From contig NW_003526941.1 in the NCBI RefSeq assembly GCF_000181795.1, forward strand, positions 501,453 to 562,025: a stretch of 60,573 nucleotides of DNA, read 5' to 3'. Positions 41,001 to 53,800 of the stretch are shown here, one piece after another. Source of the stretch: Trichinella spiralis. Lineage: Eukaryota. The notes beneath the pieces were generated by a model. The model had not been told where the DNA came from and did not search any database. It saw only the letters and a list, made by a program, of their open reading frames with translations. How positions within the stretch are numbered: the stretch's first letter is position 1; each line of letters opens with the position of its first letter. The translations under genes and the position numbers were made by a program.

Positions 41001-42925
41001 TTGAATACTGTATACAAATGAGTACCCTGTGTCTTGTCTAGCTATAATCATGATGAAATATTTTCTAATGATAAAGCACTCGGCTAAAAAAATAGTTTTA
41101 AAATTATTGGTATTTTTTCTGCAGTGGACAATATTATTCAGCATATTTCGTTTGATTTAATTTTGTCGCTGAGACACGCCTTGTTTTTCTGCGTTCATGC
41201 AGCTGATGTATCATCATAAAAGTGCAATTTACATTCGATAATGAATTCGATACACGGGCAATTTTGACAAAAGAAATATTGTTTTATCCTTCTTTATTTA
41301 CATTTATTATTTATTGTACAATTTTCTCAGATAAACTCATTCACCAAATATTTAGCATTAAAAATATTGTAGAATAACTATTACCGTGTAGGTTGACAGA
41401 TCTTTGTGATACAGATATACCTTTTCCTTTTGCTCAACAAAACAAAAGGATTGACTGCCACAACGAGATCCTGTAGCAACAGCTATGAAGAACAACAAAA
41501 TAGAGTTATGGTAAAGTTAGTAAAAAAATTTTTCAACATTCCTTTCTAGAGAGAGTAATAGGTTGAGATCTATTAACCAGATGATCCAAGTCATTGACGT
41601 GTATTTGAATTTTAACAGCAAGTTACATGCTTCATTCCACCGGAATACCCACCAGCTGTCCGCCTATAGCTAAGAGTGAAGAAATCTTACTTTTTTCATT
41701 TTCCTATCATTTTGGAAATAGCTGGCAGGTTTCCAGATTATCATCTGCATTTTGACTAAGCAGTTGAGTATTACTTGTTGATCGATAGAAACAATATGTG
41801 AGATAGAATTTTTACAATGTTTCAGAGAAGAGAAATTTTTTTCTGTTAACATTTCCAGATGAAAAGTTCAACAAATAACTGAACGGCAATTCAGACTTTG
41901 AAGCTGAAACTGATGGACTGTAAAACGTAGCTGAAATAGTTGAGGCAAATCGAAAAATCCCTTTCATAACAAACGCGGCTAAAAATCTAGCATGATATAT
42001 GCGCATATATATCTGAATGAAGCGAAAATGATTTTTATCGCAACGCGGGCCATATGGAAAAGCGTGGGTTAAGTTAGCTGCCGTTTGTCGACTGGAAATT
42101 GGCCTTGCCATTTTCAAGCTGGCAACCCTTCTCCGCTTTCCTCCCGATGCGTGCGCTTAGTGAGCTGAAATATTATCCTGGACAAAGGATAGCAGATGAA
42201 CGTGAAACTGGAGAGCACATCAAAGCTATCCAATATTTGCCGATCAGTCGACAAACGTGAATGCAAGTTACATCGTGTATCCTCTTTTAGGCATGGACAG
42301 AAACAGGAGGAGAGAAAAAATAACTAACTGCATATTGATTGAAAAAAATTAACTTTGCCACAAAATAAGCAGAAACTAGTGTATTATTATGCATATGCGT
42401 TAGCGGATTGAATATCACACATGCACGCACGCATGAACACGTGCACACATGCACCAAAATTTATACGTGTACTAACCAACAACAGCTCTGCTGCTTATTA
42501 TGAACAACAACAGTCGAGTAAAAAAGAACAAGAAATTCCGTTCGTACTTACCGTTGTTGATGCATGGAAGGAAGTGTTGTCGATTGCATTTGTATTCGTG
42601 ACATGTGTCGCAGTTGATTTGAGCATATTCTGAAATTTAATACTGGCATTAAAGAAACTGAAAGTCATGGAAAAGTCTCCTTCACCTTTTCTGTTTCGAT
42701 TAATGGAGACAGGTCTCGTTGAAAATGAAGCAGATTTCTTTGAAAATGGCTTGTCAATGAACGGAGGCGATCGTGCAAATTGACCAGGTCGATCAGGAGA
42801 CCATGTTGGCGAGGTCCAATGCGTCTACTCAGATGGACCATGTTCTTCTGTAATTTTGAAAGCCGATGCACTTGATCGTTGAATTTCATCGACCAATCAT
42901 TCAGTGGATGTCCGCCGAGCAGCAT
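21462..42925 (-). CDS. PDZRN3: PDZRN3/PDZRN4/SLIP1-like single-PDZ protein, ~972 aa, no RING seen
   Basis: Phase-consistent exons 42925-42686, 42629-42552, 36024-35978, 29336-29013, 27753-27573, 26671-26573, 25883-25821, 25002-24862, 23409-23347, 23267-21996, 21933-21796, 21734-21462. [83 protein letters not shown]. The first three exons are less certain. Confidence 0.88.
23495..23823. repeat. Compound (TA)n array interrupted by locally templated snippets and foldbacks
   Basis: (TA)n tracts separated by unique 10-33 nt spacers. Spacers match 21897-21912 (inverted), 23213-23225 (direct), 24312-24344 (inverted) and the array's own flanks (inverted). Confidence 0.9.
25634..25710. repeat. (TAG/CAG)n compound trinucleotide repeat, intronic
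   Basis: tagtagtag...cagcagcag runs. Confidence 0.85.
25952..26021. repeat. (CT)n and (TA)n microsatellites, intronic
   Basis: tctctctc run followed by a long (TA)n tract. Confidence 0.9.
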
Positions 42926-43019
42926 GCTCCTTGGAATTGACGTTGCAAAGCAGCTATAGTTGGCTACAACGTTCAACGAAGTCGTGTTAAGATTAACTGA
43001 ATGAAGTTTTGAAAATATT

Positions 43020-43790
43020 TCATTTAGTCCAGGTCGGAGATGACCAGGATGAATGGAATCCTAGACACGCGCACGCGCAGAGCAGAGGCGGTTCTCACGC
43101 GAGTGGCGCGCTACGCTGCTATCAGGGTCGATCGTGCTGTCCGGCTAGCGGCTCCCTGTAAGCACCGGTTTCGAGCAGATCGCGTTGCGCAATTGTGGAA
43201 ACAGATCTCTGGTGGCCGCCTGACCCTCAACGGAAACTGGTCCATCGGTTGGAGACAGCGCTTCAGATAGTTTCCTCTGTCAAGCTGCATCGTGTACAGC
43301 GGCGTTGCTTATTGAATAAACAGTGGTGCTTGACTGGCTGAGAAGCGGCTCGAACGCTGCAGTGGAGGGGCGGAGTTGCGATACGGCGAAAGCCAATCAT
43401 CATCATCGTTCGTTGGGTTTCTTTTTCGTTTCCAACACACCACCACCACCACACTCAGTGCGTGTCTTGGTTTCTGTTTGGAAAATAGCTTGGAGGCCGT
43501 GGTCGTTCGTTGACCTGCATCGGCTGTGGCTCGCTTGACAGATAGATCTGCACCACTGCTGCCAAAAAGGTCGCCGCTGTCGCATCGACGTTGATCGTTT
43601 CCATCAGTCCGTCGTGGCCAGCAGACCATGACTTAATATCGTCGTCAGTGGTTAAGACGGCTTGCAATCAGTCAGTTATTTGGTCATTTGGTTGGGTGTT
43701 TCGATTTGAAGAAACGAGCTTTCTTGACAAATAAGCTAAATGTTGGGAGTGGGGCGGGGCGGGACGGAGGTGTGAAGGTTGTGGGTGCTG
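43020..43790. promoter_or_regulatory. CpG-rich region upstream of the PDZRN-like gene with tandem GC boxes
   Basis: Marked GC/CpG enrichment against an AT-rich background immediately 5' of ATG 42925; GGGGCGGGGCGGG at 43751-43763. Confidence 0.5.
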
Positions 43791-46700
43791 AATCAAGTCC
43801 AAGTTGGTTGGATTGAGAATTGAAAAAAGCTGATAGATGCGTCGAATGCAAGCAACAGACACAAACAAATTAAGCTAAAATGCTTGCATCTTGTTGTTTT
43901 GTTTTCATATTTTATTTTAGCTTGTTGAAGATTAATCAGAATTGTCGCCGCATTCGCTCGCGTTCATTTGTTTGATGATAAGCAAAAACTGACAACAATC
44001 GCTTATATTGCTCGTGAACGACAGGGGACTTTTGTTCAACATTGAGATGATTGAGAAAAAAATTTAAATAAATTTATTATTTCATGTTTGGAAACATAAA
44101 TTCGGTTGTTGTTGTTGTTGTTGTTGCATTTCATCAAATTTACAAGCTGCAACGTTTCAATTGAATTGTAACATGTTCCAAGTCGCTTTCAATTTTTAAC
44201 CGTCCAAAAGGGGGGGGGGTTTCAGTGAATGGAATTTCTTGAAAAGCCGACAAAATTACGCACATCTCACAAATTCTCCACTAACTTGGAATTGGACCGA
44301 TAGAATGAATGAATAACTTTTCCACTATGCAAAATACACACTACACCACTTGCTATTTGGCATTTGTTTGATCGACCGATTTGTAAAAATTGAAACATTC
44401 ATGTGACACCTCCCATTACGACGAAAAAGGCATGTATCGTTCTAGCAGGTGCATTATTGGAGGACATGATGACGATAGTGACAATGCATATTTTATACAC
44501 GGCAGAATTTGGTCCGAGGACGTTTTAATCGGGCTGACAGATTTTCTTGCGGCTTAGATACCGATCATTTTTGTGTCATTTAACGATTGGCAGTTCTACA
44601 TGCGACGTTGTTACGGAAACAGTTCTGTTGCATTGTATCGTTTAAAGAGATACATGAGATATTGTTGTAGTAAATTTTATAGTTGTAGCCTTTCAGTTTT
44701 AGATAAATTTCTGAAATAAGCAAATGTAAACTCTGATCTATGTTTTTTTTCGTTATTCGTCTATTCTTAACTTTGTATAATGTCCAGAAATGATTTGATT
44801 TGCTTCGAAGGATCTCCATTGAGCAGGGAAGGAGTTGGTCATTGTTGTTGCAGTTTTTTTCTATTTACCAGAATGCTCGCTGTATTTGACAGTTTTCAAG
44901 TCGAATAACAACGACAAAACATGCGAGCAAAATTAGATGGAAAACCAAAATTTCATCCAGGTGAGATGTGTTGTACTGGAAGGAAGGAAACACCCACGTC
45001 TCTGATAAGGCGTGGTCTTAACCTTTTTTTTGCCTAATTACACGTCAGCGGTTTATCTCACGCACGTTTTTGTTTGACACTTTAGTCAGAAAGTTTTATT
45101 TTCGCTTTTTTAATTTTTTATAATTTACGTCATATTGCATTCAGATTAATTTGTGACGATATAAAATGTATAGGTTCTGTTTTTGTTGAAAAACTTTTGC
45201 CATAACACATTTGCAAATAGAAATTTCAACGATTTTAATTTTCTAGATTATACTGTAAGTGCGAACAGAATATTGTGTACATTAAAAATAATACATTAAA
45301 AATGAGTGGCAAGAAAAAAAGAACGTTTTACTCTAGCGAACAGAAACCCATCGAGCAGGAACTAATTCGCGGCCCCCAAATCTCCTGCGGGACTTGGTGC
45401 AAATTACGATATTTGCTCTCCTTTCCGTTCTCTCCTTACAATACAGTATGTTGATGGGAAATGGATTTCTTCTTGTCCGTTTATAAAATGTTTCAAAATA
45501 CAAACTCCTTGTTTCAATATTTCAACTTTCCAGCTTGTGAACATTTATTTGATAGTCGTAGGCTGCTTGGAATGGAAGAGATTAGCTATTTGAAAGGAAT
45601 TTTCCTAAATCGGCGTGTGATAAAGGCGGTATTGCTGCTGACTAAAAAGCAAAACGACTGTCAGCCAGCTACTCTAATTGTTCAGTGTTACCAATGTTTG
45701 CATTTTAAAATAAATGGTTATGCGGTCTTTTTTGATTTTTTTATTTGTAAGCTTTTTTGCACAATCAATTGATGCGATACGTTTAAATTGGTCATATTTA
45801 TTGTTTTCCGTTCTAATGGTTCTGAAACAATCTGAAAGCCGCTTTCAGATTGCATGCATATTGTTCACTCAAACGAAGTAGCGTATTAAATTGCGATACA
45901 TATCTTTTTTTTGTTTAATTTTATTTCATCTCTGAAGAAAATTTTTTTCATTTATTTTTTAATTTCGATTTTCAATACGTTTCAATTATTGTTTAAAGCA
46001 GTAATAATTTTTCAGCAATATTGTTATCGTCAACAATATTTTTCTTATGTTTATTTATGTTTTTTGGGTTAATTTAATGTCAGTGCATGCTTACGTCGCG
46101 TTACTTTGTTGAAATTTTAGATATCGTAGTTTGTAACATTTATCTTATTTACCACTTAGAGAAAAGGACATATTGCTTATTTGTTTTATGAAATTTAAAA
46201 ACTTGGATCATTTTTTAAATAAGAATAAAATTTTCAGCGAAAGTTGTAAGCCAACATTGCAAGAAAGAATGAGTAATGTCGATAAGTTCTGTAAAAAATA
46301 TTTGTATAAATTGTGTAAGTTGGAATTAAAATGCAAGCCAAATGTGAGAAGAAGTAGGTTTATCTTTGTTTGCTGAATGTTGAGCAACAATTTATTCTTC
46401 TGGTGCATGTGAAAAATTAAAAATAAATCAGCTTAGCAAGTGCAAGTGGCAGTGTAGTAGTAAACAGGAAAGCATCCGTGCATTGACAATGCAGATGGCC
46501 AAGCATGGAAAAAAACCTTTCATACAGAGTTCGGATATTGATTCAAGATTTAATTGGGAAATGATGAATTTATTTTGCACAAATGAAATGGGATAATTAT
46601 GCACAAAGCTAGAAAAATTAAAACTCGCGCTTTAATAATTTGATGTCGACAAGAATGACAACAAATTGTTCGCTTCTAATATAGTATAGATAGACTTTTA

Positions 46701-48278
46701 ATAATATTTGCTAGTATAGATAAATATAATCGACAGTGCTGTATGTTTTATTTGCGTTTTTAGCAGGAGGATTATTTGGTTTGTGAAGACCATCAGCTCA
46801 GATGAAGTGAGAATGAGAAGAAAGATATAACGGCAATAAGAATGAAGAAATAAATAGAAATTGAGAGACAATTAATTGATAAACTACGAATAGGATAGTT
46901 TTTTTTCCAAATCTGCATTGCTTATTAAGCTCTTGGTTAAAGTAATGTGAAGTTGGTAAACTTTGTCAGCTGTTTAGCTTTTCTTTGCTAAAAAGCGGTC
47001 CCTATAACGGCACAGATGTGAACAGCGTGTCTTGTTCAGCTGACTGTTTGCGACAGGCGATCGTGATCAAACGAACCGCTAAACGGGGTTATACAACAGA
47101 ACAGTCCATCAAGTGGACAATGGTTAGGTGGACAGGCGCCAGGGCTAATTGCTTGAAGCTGACCACCTGACACTTTTGTACACTTCGGTGAATATCGATT
47201 TTGTTACTGTGCTTTTGTTATTTGTTTGTTGATAGGTTTCTTTTCTTCAGCAACACTCATTCTTTCAGTCAGTTATTTTGTCGTTTAACAAAAGTATTCA
47301 AAAAAAGCAATATATAGTCTATTTGAATTGAATTGAGAAAGAATTTTGAGCATTTTAAATACTAACATCCAATCCCAAAGTTTGAGAACATGCCCCGAAT
47401 GTGAATTGCTGCAAAGTTTGTTGATAAAGTAGTTATTACTTTATTAATTAATTATTTAAATTTATAAGTTATGTATTTCACTGCTGATGCCCGGTTGTCC
47501 ACAAAAGACGGAGTTTTTGCATTGTTAGCAGAATAAATGGGCATGTATTTATTTATCATTCATTCTACTTTACCTTTTTGTTCATTCAAGTACTTTTTGA
47601 AGTATTTTTTAGAAATGGAGTTTTTTTTTCAAAATTTGATTTTATTTTATATTTTGTAATTTACAATTTTTGTAAAGTTTAAGATGAATTTTTGTATTTA
47701 TACATTCTTTATTCCGTAGCGTTGCAAAGCAGAGTAAATTTGATTTAGCAGTGCCTGGCATAAATGTATTACACATAGCATAGTTCAGTTGAATTTTTTG
47801 ACTGGAACAGTGTTTAACGAGGAACTGTATTCATTCAGGAAGTGCATTTGAAAGTCATCGACAGCTTAATGAGCCATGAAATTGTTGACAGTGAAAAATT
47901 CCATTGCCATTGCACGTTACAGTATTCAGGTCATCTGCGAATTCATGAAAAGCTTATCAACAGCCTCGATCAAGCATTTGTTCTCTTGTTTTAGCCGAGA
48001 AAGAAAACAGGCAATAATTAAAGTAAATAGTTAGTTGATTTATTTAGTTGTAAATGTCTTCTAATGTCATTACATTTTTCTCCGCTTCCATCTTTGTAAG
48101 AAAATTATAACTCTTGCAAGTTATTTATGAATTGTTGCCTGGAAGGCTTTGGTAATTTGTTTGCTGATCTACCGATTTGGTGAACCGGCGATATGATGCC
48201 TGGATGGTCTTTGGAATTTTCACTTTTCTTTTCAATAATTTTCTCTTTGATTCGTATTGTATGAACGAACCTAAATCT

Positions 48279-48383
48279 TAAGCGTAAAAAGCAGCATTCT
48301 CAGCATTCAGTACTTGTGAAAAGTTAATTTTGCTACATGCTTACACAAGTACTGAATGCTAAGAATGCTGCTTTTTACGCTTA
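48279..48383. mobile_element. 105-bp foldback element (MITE-like or hairpin RNA precursor)
   Basis: 40-bp inverted arms 48279-48318 and 48344-48383 with one mismatch and a 25-nt loop. It begins and ends with TA. Confidence 0.55.
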
Positions 48384-50860
48384 TATGAAATGAAAATTTT
48401 CTACCTTAAAATAAAGTTATTTTTTCGATCAGCACACATTCATGACGCTGAAGAGTAATTGATTTGACAGAGTAGTTAGTGGAACAAAAGTTAAAAAAGT
48501 GAATATAAAACAGAATTTTTTTGCCATTTGTGTTATACAATTTTATGATATTTTTTTAAACTGAAGATTGTCAAATTTGTCAGATGTATTGAAATGAATA
48601 ATTCGATATCACTAAACGTATTTATGCTCCTGAAATACCAAATGAAGCGTTTTCAGTTTTATTCGTATGCGTGCGGTTGCTTTGTATCTTTTCCGCAGAA
48701 TAGTAAGAATTGAAAGAAGAACTTTTTTATGTTGGAAAAATATTTTATACGGAATAAGAATAATTAATTCACTGCGGGAAGCATTAAGATTGCATGAATT
48801 TTTTTAAGGTAAAAGCAGTTAGAAATCATTCGTGAGCATAATTTTGAAAACTGTAAAAATTGGCGATTGTTTTCTTCTATGAGCTGATATCGAAAATTGT
48901 TATTTTCTTGAGGAGCATTTTGTATTTGAATAGCGTTCGTTCGTTGCTTTTTGTCGCTATAGAAATTCATTTCTACATGTGCTACAGTTTTTTTAATTAT
49001 TTTTTTAGTTATGCTATTGCGCAGGTTTAATCCCAAACGTATTTTTCAATTTAACCAAACCAATATGTTTAATGTTTTATTGACGACGTCAAAATGAATT
49101 TAATTTCTACCATTTTATGCGATTTCTACGTTGTGTCTTGCGTGAGACGTGTAATGGAAGTTAAAGCTGCGTTGTGGATATTATTTGATTAAAAAGTTTA
49201 GTAGTTTCATTGTCTTGTTCAATAATTGAATGAAAAGAAATTTTTTTAATGTGATTTATAATCTTTCATATGCATGCTAATATATGGAATTGGTAGGTTG
49301 AAATAAACCGACTAATAAATTGAAAGAAGAATGTTATTTTATTTGAGCCGAAAACCTGCTTTTCAGAAATGTGAATTGATATTCACGGTTTGAAATAAAT
49401 TTTGTGAAACTGTTTACTATGAATTGCATTTGTGATTATGTGCACGAATTTACGCAGGGTGTTTTTTTGAAAGTAGAATTATTAAATTACTCAAATTATT
49501 TAAATTGAAATTATCCAGCTATTCGATGATATGTGTAATTATTCTGTTCAAATGATTTCACTTTATTTTGTCAAAATGAAAACGAAATTAAAAACCGCAT
49601 TCCAACACCTTTTAATGCATTTGCGTCATTTGCATTGCTTTTGCGGTATTTGTGATAGATATATAATATTATATTATACTAGGAGCAGCTAACATTGAAA
49701 AATAATATGAAAATTTTAGAGACTTTTATTACCTTGGAAATTATTTTATGATCAGATGGTTTTATTTTTAATTAAAAATATTTGCTGTATCTTTCTATTT
49801 GCATGTTAATTTTGTTTTCAGTTGTTCTGGAAAATTGTTACGAGTTCAATAGCGTACAGTTAACTAATCTGTATACTGTAGCTTATACATTTGATATCTT
49901 TTGATTGTACACTGAACTCTTGAAAGCGGCGATGCAATTTTAGTGTCAAGATTTTGTTTTTGTCTAACCTTTCATTTTAAATATTATTTTTTGTATTATA
50001 CATTCTTCTTTTTACTACTTTTTGCATTTTAATTACTTTTACTTAAACAGATGTTTTTTCTGATGTTACTTACATTCGAATTATGAATAATGGAAAATTG
50101 GCGGTGAAAATAATGAAATATTAGTAAAAATGATTTACAAATAACCCGGTGAAACTATTAAAGCGTGAGGAAACGCAATAACATAATAGCAGTGGGTGTT
50201 TATTGACAAATTAAAATGTAATGAATATAAATATTTTTTTTAGTTTATTTTGATTAACTTTCATAATTCTTTTTTTGAGTTAAACACCTGTTAAATAAGT
50301 TTTAAAGTTGCAGTGCTGTTATTGATGATAATGAAAATGCTGATCGAGAACAATAATAGTTTATTGCATAGCTCAACGATGACGCGTGGCTTAAGCATTG
50401 CATTGTTTTGCTATTTTCCAAGCAATTTCTACTTTGCACGTTCTGCATTGAGCTAGCTGTTTATGTATTGCAATATTTGTCAGCTTTCATCTGCTTTTTC
50501 ACTTACAAATGTTATATTGTAATGAAGTTCTTTTGAAAATAATTTATAAACTTTTTATTTAAGATTATCATTTTGAAATGCACACTTGTTGTCTTAATTA
50601 TACAACATACATTTCTGATTTGTTAGCTTTTTACACTGCAAATAGAAAGGATTTTCCACAACCAATTTTGAACATTTTGAACAATGGCGTGGTTGCGGTT
50701 AACAAAAGTTTTCCCATATCCCGCGCATACTAGTTTGCACCTACTAAGCCACAGCAAGTTGGTGGGCATGAGTGAATTTCAATTACAACACGATTACGGG
50801 ACAGATCTGATTGAAATTTTTGCACAGGTGAGGTGGTAACCTCTTTTTGTACTTGTTTCA

Positions 50861-53800
50861 CTACGTTTGATAGTGAATGATTGGCCCGCTTAGCCCATGT
50901 GAAGGTGTCATCCGTAGAGCATTCAAACTTTTGCTATACCAATCATCAGGATCGCACGCATTTGCCATCGATGGGGCCATATTGAAGTGGGTTGTCTGTG
51001 TGGGATAATTTGCTGCAGGGGCAGGTTGATACGCTGTTGAACGATTGGCCATCGACATCGGCATGCCAGTATGTGCAACAGAGTATGGTTGATAGCTAAA
51101 CAATTTGATTCATTGAATTATAATTCAAAGCAACTTTCTATACCTGGTATACCCTCTGGGTGGAATCGCTGGTGGCGCGTACATGTTTCTCATCATGGGG
51201 CCGTTACAGTGAGTAGGCAACACGGGTGGTGCCAAAGCTTTTTGAAGCTGTTTTTCTTGTTTTCTATATTTTGCACGTCTATTCTGAAACCACACCTATA
51301 ACACAGAGACGATTATGTTAACAATAAAAAGCAGTGCCGTGAACACCGTTTGTTGGTGTTAAGTTTTCGAAGCTCTAAAGTACACATTTTATGGAACGTG
51401 GCGCATAAATCAATTCCACAGAGCAACTGATTTTTTTTATTCCACATGATTTATTTGTTTTATTTTGAGCAGAATTTTGTACATCGAGATGCAGCTCTGA
51501 ATCCAGCTTCAGCATTGATTGAATTCCACCTCAACTACTGTCCAAGGATTGCAAATTGTAAATTAGTTGTATAGTTTGAAAAAACTGAACAGAAATCAAT
51601 GATCATCTTCAGTTTTGGGCACTGCTTTATTGTAGTTGGGTGAGTTGAATTAGAACTCGTACTGGGCTCAGCGGGTGATTTACCATCTGCTTTGTGGTAG
51701 CTTGCTAAATGGGAACAATTGACTAGCAGTAGGCTTCTGTGGGCTCTCTGTCTGCGCGCATTGCTTCGTACAGTGCTTAGCTGTAACTTCCCAAGCGTTT
51801 TAGGGTGTTTCCTTTGACCTGGATATTAGTGAACCGTTTAATCTACGTTCGGGATGTTTCGGGTACCATCTGTGAACGTGTAGTTGTCTTAGTTGCATGG
51901 GCTGTGCTTTCAGCTCTTTTACTCTTCTGGCGTTCTTTAGCGGAATATGTTTAATTTATAATTTGTTGATTACCCTAATTTGAACCTTGATCAGCTTACT
52001 ACTGCTATAATTGGGCCTGTGGTCCTAGTGTTGATTTGATAGAGCTACTGACGATTTGAAAAAAGTACATTATTATTAGAAATGTTTCGCACACGGTTGA
52101 AAAATTCCAAATCAATTCGAAAACTGTACTTAGACGATTGTTTACAAAGTGCGCAGCATCTGTTATTTGCATTTCTGACGGAAACAATTGTATGAGCTTA
52201 ATTTGATTACACAAGTTTAGTTTGTGTTGAAAGAATTTATTTTGAAGAATAAGCGGTGAACAAGTAAATAAACTTAAGCGGCAAACCTTCAGGAACGAAT
52301 ACATTGACCAACTGTTTATTGATAATTTTATTGAAATTTGCATTTTAGTTATACGTATATACTTTATTATTATAGGAAAGGTTGTCTTCTGTTATATTTA
52401 GCAGTACTTGAACACCTATCATATGAGAGTTGAAGTACATAAAGTATGCGCTTTAAAGTGACAAGTGTAGATTTGGCACGTTTATAGCGTAATTAATTAA
52501 TTATTTATTTATTTTAAATAAATTGGAAATATATGTGCATTGTTGAATAAATAATGAAAAATGACAGCAATATTTATATCACTTGTTGGAAGTACTTGAC
52601 AGCAATTTCCTTGAAAGTATATATATATATATATTTTTTTTTTCTGTCTTATATAAATGTTCATGTATATAGAATATATATAGAAGTTGAATGTATCAAT
52701 GTCATGAGAGATTTGTAATAATTTTTTGTCAACAGCATAAAAGACATCATGCAGTGTCAATGTAAAAAGCAGTTGTAGAAGTGAAAAGTGCATGTGAGTA
52801 ATGCATGTGAGTATGAATGCTGTAGGCTATTCATATGCATGTTCATTTTAAACAGAGAAAATTGTAAATTCCACTTTCAGCAGTTGTACTTCTGTACTTT
52901 CTATTGCTACATTTTAGATTTCAAAGCTCAACTTGCACCTTATTTTGCATGCAAGGCGGTTGCAAATGGCAGATTTCTAAAGCAGAGGATATAAAAGTGA
53001 AGGTGGTCAGATAGGCAGAGTGAAGTGCAATACCAAATTGTTAATGTAATCTATCTTACTTTGTAAAAGCGTTTCCGTGCAATAATTAAATTCTTCATTT
53101 TATCGACGATCAAGTTTTGATTGTCCGTTAAGCAGCAGTCATCTTTTTGAAGCATTGAAACATTTTTTCAGTCATTAAATTGTTTCAAATGTTCCATTAA
53201 AATATTATTAATATCTGATGGTTATTGATAATATGGGTTGGTTATGATAGTTTAACCCAAAATAGAAGGATGTTTAGCCACTTTGAAAAAATGAAGCAAT
53301 TGTGCTTTATGCAATTGCGAAGTAGAAAATTTTGAAAGTCATTTCTTTTTATCATTATATTATTTATCATTACTTTAGGGAAATTGGCAATTGTCTCATA
53401 AAAAAGGAAGCAATATTTGCAATAAGTTGCCTATAATGTGATAATGCACATTTGTCAGTGTAATTTAATTTGAAAACTAAATAATATTTCTAAATAAAGA
53501 TATCTGAGTTTGTGATCCTGGTGTAAAGGACAACGCTGAAAAGTCATTGAATTCATTTAAGAACATTTATGGCTGACTGTTTTGAAGATCATTTTTATAT
53601 TTAATTAAATTATGATGTGTTTTCTGACATGAATAGTCATTGGTGAAAAGTTTCTAACATTGAAACGGTGAAATGTTCAAAATTAAAATAAAACGAATTA
53701 GACAATTTTGGATAGACGATCGATAGATAAATTTTAAGTGGAAATACAGCTGTGTTCTTGTGTTGTCTGCGTATTTTTCTAATGTCAGATCAAGGACATT

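Noticed and set aside
43040..43868. Cluster of short overlapping ORFs
   Set aside because: Explained by high GC in the promoter-like region; no domain signal or consistent splice pattern.
46447..46470. miR-34-like TGGCAGTGTAGT
   Set aside because: Only the 5' part matches and there is no hairpin partner.
51565..51580. let-7-like GTTGTATAGTT
   Set aside because: The TGAGGTAG seed is absent.
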